Of a stretch of DNA of 64,000 nt, positions 11,328 to 24,119 are shown piece after piece. A program made the position numbers and the translations under genes. The stretch comes from Octopus sinensis (lineage: Eukaryota), in assembly GCF_006345805.1 (NCBI RefSeq), contig NC_043006.1:34286001-34350000 (forward strand), written 5' to 3'. The notes under the pieces were generated by a model. It was not told the origin of the DNA and made no database searches. It worked only from the letters and a program-made list of their open reading frames with translations. How positions within the stretch are numbered: the stretch's first letter is position 1; each line of letters begins with the position of its first letter.

Positions 11328-14300
11328 GTTGATTAATAGAAGTAATCAGTGCAGGTTATTGTCAGGAATATGGACACAAGCAGTTCTCAGAGAGACAATT
11401 TCTAATGATGTGAACTCTCAGAACTGTTTCTTATTTAGACACAAGAACAACAATTTTGAGAGGAAGGAATGAGTCAATTACATCGATTAGCAAGTATCCT
11501 GTTCATTCAGCTGTCTAGGGGCTCTGTTTTTGTAAGGGAGAGAGTAAAGTTCATAAAAACTGTTACAAGTACATCTTTAGTCCTTGCATATGTATTTCCC
11601 TCTCAGCAGCTGGCATAAAGCTGTTCCCCACTCCCAAATCTTCCCCCACCCCATCCAGTTGTTGGGGCTTTCCCCACTTTCTCAGTTCTATTTCTATCTG
11701 GAAAATTACTTGGTGACCTCACTGGTGCCAGTGGAATGAAAAAAAAGAAAAAAAACACCCAATACACTTGTAAAGTGGTTGGTGTTAGGCAGGGTATCCA
11801 GCCATAGAAGCCATGCCAGCAGGGAAAATGTTGATGATGACGACGACGACAATGGTGATGACAACTCATGTAAAAGTAAGGAGAAAAAAAAAATCACCCC
11901 TAAAGAATTCAGTTATCTTTAGCAGGATTTGAACTTGGAGAAGAGAACAAGATTAGGACTGTTTTAAAGCATTTTGTCAAGTGTTCTACTCTCTTTCCAA
12001 TTCCAGCTCTGGCCATCGAGTCTGTACCTGACTACATCATTTAAAGTATCCATCCTTCCTTGAGAGAGATCTGGCTGCTATTTCTAACAGACAGAGAAAC
12101 AACATAAAGTCTCCATAACTGATTTCCAAAAACCACTGTTCCGAGTCTGGTTGCAAATCAGGGTGATGGGGGGGGGGTGCTTGGTTTTTCTCGGCACTCC
12201 CCCCTTGCATATTACTACTCCATGTCGGAATGTTCAAGTTGAAAAGAAAGAAAGTGAAAAAGGAGAAGAGGACCTGCTGTTAAAACTTGAAACCTAATCT
12301 CAATTATTGACTTTTTATCTCAACCACCAAAATTATGACAAATATCTTGCCTATGATCAATTACAAAACAGATAAAACTCCACATATGAATTTAAAATGA
12401 AAATAAATCCAATATATAAATATATGGTGCAAAACAGTAATATCTGGTTGATAAGTGATCAAGAATTAAGGACTATCTGTGTCTGTCTTCTATCCATTTG
12501 TGTACACAATATACGCTTTTCCTATATATATAACATATATATACATACACACACACACACTTTATTAAAAGCAGCAGAAATAGCACTAAAATTGTTACTC
12601 AGAGTTTCATGTTCCTGTTTGTTGGACAGTTTTGTTAGAATGTGCTTACTCCAGTATATATATATATATATATATATATAAATGTATATATGTATATATA
12701 CATACATACATATGTCTGTGTGTGTGTGTGTCACCCCAACATCACTTGACAACTGATGCTGGTGTGTTTATGTCTCTGTAACTTAGCAGTTCGGCAAAAG
12801 AGACCAACAGAATAAGTATTAGGCTTACAAAGAATAAATCCTGGGGTTGATTTGCTTGACTAAAGGCGGTGCTCCAGTATGGCCACAGTCAAATGACTGA
12901 AACAAATGAAAGAATATATATATGAAAACTGGCAGTCCGCCAATTACAACAATGATGAGGGTTCCAGTTGAGCCGATCAACAAAACTGCCTGCTCATAAA
13001 ATTAACATGCATGTGGCTGAGCGCTCCACAAACATGCGTACCCTTAATGTAGCTCTCAGGAGACTGAGTGTGACACAGAATGTAACAAGGCTGGACCCTT
13101 TTGAATTACAGGTACAACTCATTTTTGCCGGCTGAGTGGACTGGGGCAATGTGAAATAAAGTGTCTTGCTCAAGGACAAAGTCGTAAGCTGAATACCTTA
13201 ACCAAGAACCCGAATTATACTTAATTTGGGTGCTGTTGATATTCATATTTTGGGGGTATTTTTTTCCCATAATCATTATCACCATAGTAATATCATACTG
13301 TACCATAAAATTATGATGATGATGACTATAAAAGTATGTGATGGTGGAAATGGCTTCTAGTGGAGTGATGGTTGTCTGGTACATCAATAAATGTTGAGAG
13401 AAAGAGAGAGAGTAGAAAGCAGGCAGAGGGGACGAGATGTTAACTAATAACAGTAATAAAAGTGAAGACAACAAGAAAGTTGAAACTAAAATATTAAAAA
13501 AAAAAACTTCCACCACCACCACCACCACCATCATCAACAAGTGATAAAGAACTTGAAATAAAAAATAGGAAAGCTAAAAAAAAAGAGATAAAAACAGAGA
13601 GAGATGAGAGGGGAAAAAATGTAGAGACAGTGGGGGGAAGGGTAGGAGAGAAGGAAAGAGAGGGGCTGGGAGAGGAAAGCTTCATTAACCAAAAATCAAT
13701 GGAATTAAAGATGAAGCACAGGAAGGAAAATAATACAAATAAGATTGATGCTGGTGCTGATGATGATAATCCATATTTCATAAGTGGCCTGAAAGTCCTG
13801 GAAGAGGTGGAGAGGGCCATGAAAAAACATCAGAGTGCATTGCTAATGGTTTGATATGGAGGGGTGGTAAAGGGGGTCGTGTGGAGGGGGCAGTGATGGA
13901 ACATCATCTGTAAATGTTTTAAAGAGAAAAATACAAGAGAGAGAGAGGGAGAAAGAGGGAGAGAGAAAGAGAGAGAGAGGGAGGCTGGGAGAGTGAAATG
14001 TGGAAAAGCACTGGGGGAAAAAATGCTTCATGGTGTTTAGCTATGGACCTTTTAATCTTGGTTCAAATCTCACCAAAATAAAATAAGCGAGTCAAGTGTT
14101 AGGGTTTTGTTTTTGTCTTTTTGGCGAGAAACCTCTCAATGGAGGGGACTATGAAGGAGGGGATATGTATTAGGTCTGCTACTCAAGAACAAATACATCA
14201 AAAGGGGCTTCTACCCAGTTTCCAAATATTTTTCTTTTAATTAGAAAGTTCCAAACAAGTTGAGAAGCCACTTAGTGTCAGGGGTTTTAAAGAAGGAGAA

Positions 14301-17300
14301 GTTAAGATGAAAGGAATGAATTTACTTTAGACTTGAAAGAGTTCAGGTCATAAGAAGTGGGAGAATAATGAAATGGAAGAGAGCTCCTAAGTCTGGCAGT
14401 TCAAGGGAAAATGTGTGATCTTTACCTACAACAAAGGATACATAGAAATCGGTAGAGCATCTGACAAAATACCTTGCAGTACTTCTTGCAGCATTTTACA
14501 TGCTAAGGTCACTAAGGTCAACTTTGCCTTCCATCCTTCTGGGGGGTTAGTAAAATAAAGTACCAGTCAAGTACTGGAGTTGACATAATAGACTTGTTAC
14601 CTCTCCAAAATTTCGGCCCTTGTGCTTTTGTTAGAAACTATTATTATTATTATTATTGAGTGAGTAAGAGAGCAGTGCATGCCATCAAAGTGACACTGGG
14701 GTAAAATATACAAAGCCCCACCAGGCACATGCACCACAACCATATGTGCACAACATAGTGATCTCATATCAAGATAAACAGCGCATGACCTTGCAGGTGG
14801 GGCCCAGTTAGAATTTTCTTCAGGTTGAGTAGGCCTTCCCACTCAAAAGGTCCCTGAATAAGTATTATTATTATTATTACTATTTTTTAAGGTGGTGAGC
14901 TGGCAGAAACATTAGCATGCTGGGCGAAATGCTTAGCAGTATTTCATCTGCCACTACGTTCTGAGTTCAAATTCCGACGGAGTTGACTTTGCCTTTCATC
15001 CTTTCAGGGTCGATTAAACAAGTACCAGGGATTGATGTAACTGACTTAATCTCTTCCCCCAAATTTGAGACCTTGTGCTTCCAGTCGAAGCAATTATTAT
15101 TATTATTAGTTACACCTTTAAGGTGGCAGAATCGTTAGCATGCAAGACAAAACACTAAGTGATATTTTGTCTATCTTTACGTTCTGAGTTCAAATCCTAC
15201 TGAGGTCAACTTTGCCTTTCACCCTTTCATGGTTGATAAAATAAACACCAGGGTTAATGTAACTGATTAGTCCCCTCCCACTAAAGTTGCTGGCCTTGTG
15301 CCAAAATTTGAAACCATTATTAGGTACAGGTATGGGTGGCTGCATACTTTCCAAACATAGCTCCTGGTTCAGTCTTACTGCATGGCACCTAAGGCAGTGG
15401 GCCAACCAAAGTCTTGTGAAGCCTCTTATATGTAAATATTGGTGTGTTTGTTTATATTTGGGCTCTGTGAAAGCTGCTTGCTACCAGCAGTGTTGCTCTT
15501 GTTGGTGTTGGTGCTTCTCCTGTCAACAAATCGTACACTCACTTTGGGACTTCAAGGAGGTGTCAAACAAAGGAAAGGAAACAGGTCAGGACTGGCAAGG
15601 GAAGGGAATTCAGCTATAAAACAATAACATATTCATCTAACACATGCGAGCATAGGGGTATGGTTAACCATACATAACTTCCCAACCACGTGTTTTGGGG
15701 TTCAATCCCACTCTGCAGTTACCTTGGGTGAGTATCATCCACTAAAACCAGAGGTGGAGAAACACCCGCCCACAGGCACAATTGCACCCACAGGCCAATA
15801 TATTCATATGTGCAAAATATAAATTTTTCAATTATAAAATTTAAACAATATTCATATGCCTATTTGCGACATAGGTTGCATTTCCACTACGGCTTAAAAT
15901 GGTTAGACTTGAACAGAAATCATCTGGTAACTGCCATTTGATTAGAAATTTTGTTTTCACTATAAAACACATATTGCTAGGTTTGTAACACCCCCTTGAA
16001 ACCCAACTACACTCTAGCTGAAAAATATAAAATACTGCATAAGTAATATAAATGTCCTAAATTCAGTGGGGCGTTAATGAAGACATTATGTGTTAAACTT
16101 ATCTTTATTAATGTATATCGAATTATACATAGATATATTCAAGATTTACACAGAAAAAAGTTAGTAGGTGATGTTATCAATTCTTCTGTTAATGTATTGT
16201 CTGCTGGTTTAGCACATTCAAAGGCATATTGTATGAGATTCCTTATTTGAAAAATAAGCAAGGGTTAGCAACAGGAATGGCATCTGGTTGTAAAACAATG
16301 CCTCGACAAATTTTGTCTGATCCATGCAAATATTGGAGGTATATGGCTAAGTGGTTAGAAGGTTGCATTCATGATTGCCAGATTGCAGAGTCAATTCCTG
16401 GACCAGGTGGTACGTTGAGTTCTTGAGCAAAACACTTCATTTCGTGTTTCTCTAGTGCTGTGAGGAGACCAGCATGTCAAAGAATAGACGCAACGTTTCC
16501 TCTGCATGTTGTAAAAAAGTGATTAAAAGAGGTTTAGGCAGGATTTGCCCTCTGACCTCATGAGCAATGACTACTAAAAGAAACCCATGGGCAGGAGGGT
16601 TGTTGCCTGGGTGGTGCAAAGGTGTCATCTGACAGAAGGGAATCACCAACAAATGGTGGGTGCAGTGATGTGCTGTTACAACACATGCCAATATACTACT
16701 ACTACTACATGCAAGCATGGGAAAGTGGATATTAAAATGATGATGATGAATTTTATATACAGTGGCAAACCTTACTAATGTTGCTGTTATGAAAAAAAGC
16801 ACTCTGTACACATTCTTTTCTACTGTAGGCACAAGCTCTAAAACTTTTGGGGCCCCTGGTTGATTAGATCGACTCCAGTACGTAATTAGTACTTAATTTA
16901 TTGACCCCGAAAGGATGAAAAGCAAAGTCAACCCCAGTGGAATTTGAATTCAGAATATAAAGACAGATGAAATACTGCTAAGCATTTTGCCCGGCATGCT
17001 ACATTGTAAAGTGGCTGGTGATAGGAAGGGCATCCAACCCTAGAAACCCTGCCAAAGAAGACATTGGAGCATGATGCAGTCCTTGGGTCCATTGTATCCT
17101 GTCAAACTGTCCAACCCATGCCAACATGGAATATGGGCATTAAATTATGATGATGCTGACCATTATTGGTTTCTAATTTTGACACAAAGCCTGCAATTTC
17201 GGGGAAAGGGCAAGTCTATTACATCAACCCCAGTACATAACTGGTACTTATTTTACGACTGCAAAAGGATGAAAGACGAAGTCCACCTCGGCAGAATTTG

Positions 17301-19189
17301 AACTCAGAATGTAAAGATGAAATGCCATTGAACATTTTGCCCAGCATGCTAACAAGTCTGACAGCTTGCCACTTAAAATTATTAATATAATAATAATAAT
17401 AATCATTATTATTATTATTATGAAGACAGTAGACGAGCAGAATCGGTAATGCAATGGAAAAAGTACCTTTAATGTTTCCCTGGGTTCAATTTCAGCCCAA
17501 GACTAATTTTTTTCATTTTACCCCTCCAAAGACAATGAAAAAATATCAGTCATGTATTGGGGTCCATTTAGCTAACTACATCACTACTTTGAAAATGTGC
17601 AGTTAAAAATCTAAAGAAATTGCCATTATCATTAGTAATTTGCATTTTAGATTCTGCCAGATAATAGAATATTAAAAATGAAAAGAGAAAATGCCAGACG
17701 TTATAATTTTATCAGAAACATTTTCCATCTTTAATGGAAATAGCAGTGAACACAGGACCAATTTATTACATGACCAGAGGTGGAATGGGCAGACTAAAGC
17801 AGTTGAAAATGGTTAATTCTATAGATAGCTTTTATTAGAATGGATTTTCCATGCTTATTAATAACATGTTCAGAAATCTTTTATTAAGAAATTCCCTCTT
17901 TAGGAAAATTATTGGAAAAGTGAAAAGAACAACTCTTTGATTCACAACCCCCCACCCCAACACTTTTCTGTATCGAAGTGAACTGACCAAGCTGACATAT
18001 ATGTTTTGTAAAGCATGCCCCACTCTACTTCAAAGAAACTCGGGCCAACGAGTGACCTGCATGTGATCACTAGACCTGTTAGAAATAGCAGACAAATTCT
18101 CCTCAACCAATACCAGCCTATCTATAAAAAGACAAAGAGGATGTATAGGACAGGGTAGTCTTGGATATATAGTTTGTAAATGGGGTGGTCATGGCTGGAA
18201 ATGCTCAAATCATACTCAGCTTGATCAGAGCTGATCTAGGGCAAAAGAACAACAATAACAATGGTTGTTGTTGTAAGAAAGTACCAAGAATGCCAGTCAA
18301 GTAATCAGGAAAAGCTAGATATGTAATAAACAGATGGTAGCCATAGAATGAAGGTATGGTGTTGAGATGATGTAGACCTCAAGTTTAAGAGGGACCAGCA
18401 TAAAGGGGCAGAGAGAAGACAAATAATAAAAGTTTAAAAAACAAAACAAAAAAGTACATAAGTTTCTTTAACTTAAGTAAACATTAAAAGAAAATATGCC
18501 CCCCATATACAAACACGTTTCTATAGATATCAGTATTTTTACACATGTGTAGACAGCCACATGGAGATATATACGCACACAGAGACACAAATGTGGTGCA
18601 TATACAGATATATATATATGCATGTGCACAATGCTATGCCATTACAAACTGAAATATCTGCCATATTAGGCAGAGCCCTTCGTCAGTATTTTAGGGGCTT
18701 AAAATAAGGTTTGAGTGCAGATGGTTGAGCTAGTAGGGTACAATTTAGAGAAGCAATCAACCGAGAGACTAACAGTTTATATTCTATAGCTGAGACTGTG
18801 TTGTGTTTATGATCAAGACATTTAACTCTGAAGCAGAATTATTCTCTAAAACCTCAAATGAATCACAATAGTTTCATGTGATTGGTCTGTTAAACAACCA
18901 ATCAGCATCAAGCCATCATGTGATTCAATTTTCTAGAATCTTTTTTTTGTATCCTATAAAAGACCGCTTTTTGGCACCTAAACTCTTTGCAGAACGTTGA
19001 GGTAGGTGAGCGACATGTGCTTCCATTCTTGTCACATCCAAGAGTTCCAGACATTTGTACAAGACAACTCCAGGTTCTAGGACAGACTGAACTAAACAGT
19101 CACACAATGCCTCATAAGAAACTTCTTCGAATGTGGCATGGTTTTTCCTTCACCCCTTGTTTGTAGATAAAAAGAGTAAAGATCTCCTT

Positions 19190-19500
19190 TGCTTATGAAT
19201 GATCATGGGATTGCACTTGGACAGTTACCCTCCAAGGCACAAGTCCAGGCAGGTTGTTTATGGAAGACCAGCAGTTGCCCATGCATACCAGCTTCCCTTC
19301 TCCAGCCACTGATGTTATGCAAAGGGGCCAATACGGCTTGGCACCAGTGACATCACAACTCATTTCTACAGCTGAGTGAACTGGAGCAATGTGAAATAAA
19401 GTGTCTTGCTCAAGAACACAACACACAGCCCGATCTGGAGATTGAACTCACTACCTCAGAGCCATGTGTCTTCACTAAGCACTGAGCCATGTGCCTCCAC
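19190..19500. mobile_element. SINE/LINE-tail family 3 (gctgagtggactggagcaatgtgaaataaagtgtcttgctcaag)
   Basis: The same block occurs at 12915-13190 and, inverted, at 4920-5150. Confidence 0.7.
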
Positions 19501-21588
19501 TAGTTTGTAATTATTGCTGTTGTGTGTGTGTGTTTGTTTCCCCCACTTCTTGCAAACAGGTGCTGGTCTGTTTTATGTCCCTGTAACTTAGCAGTTCAAC
19601 AAAACGGATTGATAGAATAAGTACTGGACTTTAAAATAAAAAAAAAGTACTTTGGGGTAGGGGTCGATTTGTTTGACTAAAATATTTCAAAATGGTCCCC
19701 CATGATAGCTAGCAGTCAAGTGCAAGCTCACACACAGCCTTTGATCACTAAAGATGAAAGTCAGCGAAGTCTCACAATTCAAGTGTATTCATTGTTGGAA
19801 CGAAAATCTTTTAATCCTTGCAGTCCCGTGTCCAACTCTTCCTGTGGGTCCAGAGAAGCTACTCCAGCAATTGATCTCACTCACACAAACCGCTGGCCTC
19901 TCATTTGACATAATATCTAGATTAGGTATGGGTAAACTTTTTCAAGAAGCGGGTCGCATGAAACATCTCTCCTCATCAAGTGGGCCGCACCACTAAAGAA
20001 AAACTGAAGGTAATTTTTCGTCGAGCGTGCCATTCAGAAAGTCCCTCAGGTTGTATGCAGTCCGCGGTTTGCCTATGATTTGATCTGCATGTAGATACTC
20101 CTAACGAACCAATGCTGGTGAAGACTCCAATTAGTTGCTCGACTTACTAGAAACAGCAGTTAAATATTCATAAAAATCATACTCCACTATCTTAACTAAA
20201 GGACATCACACCCACGAACACACATTCACGAAACAAGCCAGCGAAAGAGCATTATATAAATAACAGCATTTTATATCAGATAAAGTAGTTTGAAATATTG
20301 TTAAAAAGACGGGATGGTCATAGTGGGCAGGTTTATCATCATAGTTTTTTATTATTTATTTATCAGTTTAAGGTTATCTGATAAAATATCAACAATCAAA
20401 TGACAACAGGGGTTTCACTCCCAGCATTTTCTACATTCCTAACATAGAACACCAATGTAACCAAAGGGGTCACATGTTTGAGTATGAATGAGAAATTGGT
20501 ATCAGAAGACAACTGAAGAATTTTACATAGGAAGTAATGAAGAAAAACGAGATAACTACGGAGTATCAACATCAGGGGTTCTTAACCATGGCTCTCAGGC
20601 CCCATGCGGCCCTCAAACACCCTTCCGCTGACCTCCGACAATCTTCCCTCTATAAATATTAGCATTTTTTCTTTGACTTGTGTTTTACCTTCTCTTAGAA
20701 CCCCTGGTCAACATAGGCATTCAACCTGCTCGAAGTAGCAAACCGAATCTCCTTCACATCATTTCTCACCGTCCAAACAAGGACAAAGAATAAAAAGAAG
20801 GACGCATTGCATTAATGCTGTTCTAAGTAGACTGAATGTGGAAATAGTAATAATTCAAAACCTGCTCGTTCAACGCAGCCTGGGGTTAAACAATAACAAG
20901 CAAGCGTGCAATCATAAATGCGCGCGTGATGCTGTATTCCACACTTATTGAGAATGCCAACGATTCGAATTTAAAAACAAATTTACACCAAAATAAAGTT
21001 TTCAATAGTTTGGACATTCTCCCCACAAAAAGATTAAAACACTTCTTTTGTCGTTCGACACGTACAAACTCGTGTAAAACAACACAAATACACGTGGAGT
21101 GTTTGTGTGTGTTTTAATTTTTTTACATGCAGTATCTCCCGCGCGAATTTTCTCACAATGTAACTTAAAACTTTAATGATTCGAATTAATAAATTTAGAG
21201 TACACACTTAACATACAGCTTGCAATAACAGACGAATACACTTTTAAAGAACGAAAAAAGAAAGTAAAAGACACACAGTTCTATTTACATATCAAAACAA
21301 ATCCAGATTAGATAACGGATACAACACAGACTCCAAAATAGTAACAGAATTCTCATTCATAGTAACAAAAGTACCGAACAACTTCTATGTAACCTTCCAC
21401 TCCAATTATATATATACATCTAATGTAGGATAAAATTTTTCGAAAAAACATTCTATCAATGGCCAGCATATTAAAAAATACCTTTATATATATACGCATA
21501 TACCTATATATATATGTGTGTATATATATATATATATATGTAAATGTGTGTGTGTGTATCGAACAACAGTTAAAATATAAGTACGTAC

Positions 21589-21693
21589 TTTTATGATGAG
21601 TGAAGGCACATCGTAAGAACTGCTGTGTGCATTTTTAAAGAAAACCCTCAATCTCAAACTTTTGAACGCCAAAGTCTTCCTTAATTGATCCAT
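21589..21693 (-). CDS. NOSTRIN: Candidate alternative first coding exon C of NOSTRIN (MDQLRKTLAFKSLRLRVFFKNAHSSSYDVPSLIIK)
   Basis: True ATG, 35 codons of unique sequence, phase-0 donor AAA|GTACGT, inside a CpG-retaining domain. It is the 5' part of track ORF 21484..21693. Confidence 0.55.
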
Positions 21694-22513
21694 TAAATTA
21701 AATTTAACGGCAGGAATATGAAATCTCCGTATCTGCGGAACTCATACAAATACATGTAAACGGGGCTGCAAAAAGGAAATTGTTTCCTTTCGACTATATA
21801 CATAGATAGATAGATAGATAGATATAAACATGCACAGGACGCACCTTGAACCGAGAACCTTTCAAACTGAATATCCACATATTTCGGGCGACATTTGGAA
21901 GGGTCGTTGTGAAGCATAGATTAATAAAATTTCTGGAGAAAAACTTTTCACAGGAGACTGACTTTCTTGTCAGAATTACTTGCAATGTGGTCAATGACAG
22001 CCTCCTCCACGCCGCTCTCTCTCTCTCTCCTGTCTATTTCTTTTGTTTGTTTTAGCTGCTTGCTTTTCCTTTTCTCTTTCGCATCTGTTCCTCTGCTACT
22101 ATCACCACTAAAAGCAATAGCTACTACAAACACAAACACCAACAGCCATTGTCACATAACAACCAATTAGCCAGGCTGACCACCATTGCCACCACCAACT
22201 ATTAGTAACCAAACAATTGTAAGTCATTTAATTAAAAGCAATTTCTCTTCCTCACTCCCTTTATTACACACTACAAGCAAGCTTCTCCAACCCCACCATC
22301 ATAGAAGAAAGACCAAAAGAAAAAGGCCTTAAAGATAGTTTGTGCGCCTGAAAAATTGTCGAAGGCAGAGAGATAGGTGTAAAGTTGGTCTCCTCAAAAC
22401 AGACTTGGTGTTTAGCAACAGAACCAGGTAACAGCTAAAAGAGCAGCAGTACTCAGTTTAGGCTTCATGCTGCCCGAAGCCAAAGAAATGAAGTCAATAT
22501 TCACCGAATGTCA

Positions 22514-22911
22514 GGCGGCGAGCTGGCAGAATCGTTAGGCACGCCGGGCGAAATGCGTAACCGTATTTCGTCTTCCGTTACGTTCTGAGTTCAAATTCCG
22601 CCGAGGTCGACTTTGCCTTTATCCTTTCGGGGTCGATAAATTAAATACCAGTTACGCACTGGGGTCGATATAATCGACTTAATCCGTCTGTTTGTCCTTG
22701 TTTGTCTCCTCTGTGTTTAGCCCCTTGTGGGTAGTAAAGAAATAGGTATTTCGTCTGTCTTTACGTTCTGAGTTCAAATTCCGCCGAGTTCAACTTTGCC
22801 TTTCATTCTTTCGGGATCGATAAATTAAGTACCAGTTGGAGAGGTCGATCTAATCGACTTGCCCCCTCCCCACAAAACATTTCGGGCCTTGTGCCTAGAG
22901 TAGAAAAGAAT
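22514..22911 (+). mobile_element. tRNA-derived SINE family 1 (gagctggcagaatcgttagc... B-box GAGTTCAAATTCC), dimer
   Basis: More than 15 recognisable copies, e.g. 3317-3468(-), 7120-7275(-), 10381-10610(+), 14890-15320(+), 16820-17375(-), 37980-38425(-), 40730-41286(-), 47810-47905(+), 48435-48665(-), 58410-58545(+), 61740-61970(-). Probably one of the known octopus tRNA SINEs, but I cannot assign the name. Confidence 0.85.
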
Positions 22912-23225
22912 ATTCACCTACTGTCCCAATTAATCCATACTTACAGCCAAGTGAACTGATTGCAATTACGTGTACAAATGGAATCACTCGATGAATGAAT
23001 GAAATAGACTTAAAGTGGACAGGAACTCAAAATCTTGAGTTAACAATGCAGTAAAATTTTATCTGGTCAGCCATTTTGCTACCACCACAACCACTTATCT
23101 TGGCAAGTTTGCAGGACATTAAGCTCTAGTTCCATTGTGTTGTTATTTAGCTGTCCTCTCAGCACTGAGCTGCTGATCTTTGTTTAAAGCTGTCCTTGTC
23201 CTGACCATATGTTTTATATCTCTTC

Positions 23226-23604
23226 TCTCTATATATAAACGGCAGTTTGTCTGTGTGTGTTTCTGTGTGTCTGTTAGGTTGTACCCTCACCCTGACCACG
23301 GCTTTCAACCGATTCTGATGAAACTTGACACACACATAGCCCAATGTCATAATTCAAAACTAACGCAGCGAAAATTTTGAAAAGTTCCCCCAGTTCTGAA
23401 AAAAATCGATAAATTCGACATGGGGTCGAGAGTCAGAAACACAAACCACAGACTGTCTAGGGGACGCAACTCGACCTTTTTAACTCAAAAAATTTTACCA
23501 TCTTTTTTTTTCCATTTTTTTGCTATTTTTTAGCTATAACTCTCTAAAAATGCTTTATAGTTATTTCCCTTACAAACCCGAGCAACGCCGGGCGATACTG
23601 CTAG
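23226..23604 (+). mobile_element. Non-autonomous Helitron
   Basis: 5' TCTCTATATATAAACGGC, 3' GC-rich hairpin cccgagcaacgccggg followed by CTAG|T; no TSD. Confidence 0.75.
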
Positions 23605-23961
23605 TATCTTATAACTGTTGTCCACAAAGAGTCTTCAAGTTTTAGGACAACTGGAGGAGATTTGGCTGCTATGTCTAACAATTAGCAAGATCACATACAG
23701 ACTCCTATGCTGGTGCATGTCCAGTCCTGGGTACAATTACTTGAATAATAATAATAATAATGAAAGAACCATTGGGGCCTTCGTGGATTTGAACTGTTGA
23801 TCAGGACTGACCTAGAGCAAGACAACAATAGCAACTTGAATAATGGCCAGAACTAGAATCTGGATCGATTGAGAGATAGGTCTTAAAACTGGGAAAATTG
23901 TTATCTCTGGTCTGACACTGAACATTCCCAGATGGGAACCTATTGTTAAATAAATTGGAAT

Positions 23962-24119
23962 CAGGGGTGGACTGAGAGTGTTAAGGGCCCCTGGGCATAA
24001 CTGTTTACCAGACCCCTTTGAATGTGTGTTTTAGTTGAGTTAACATGTAGAGTGCAGACTCCTTAGAGCTCTGGGCCCTCGGGCAAGGCCCAATTGACCG
24101 ATGGCTTAATCCCCTCCTG
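23962..24119. mobile_element. hAT-type MITE
   Basis: TIRs CAGGGGTGGACT / AATCCCCTCCTG and an 8-bp TSD ATTGGAAT / ATTGGAAC. Confidence 0.75.

Noticed and set aside
13630-13854. Plus-strand 74-aa ORF (...KIDAGADDDNPYFISGLKVLEEVERAMKK...)
   Set aside because: Embedded in a polypurine tract, non-ATG start, no splice signals and no recognisable homology.
21948-22142. Minus-strand ORF with a phase-0 AAA|GTCAGT donor as another first exon
   Set aside because: No in-frame ATG, and it is largely a translation of GA-rich low-complexity sequence.
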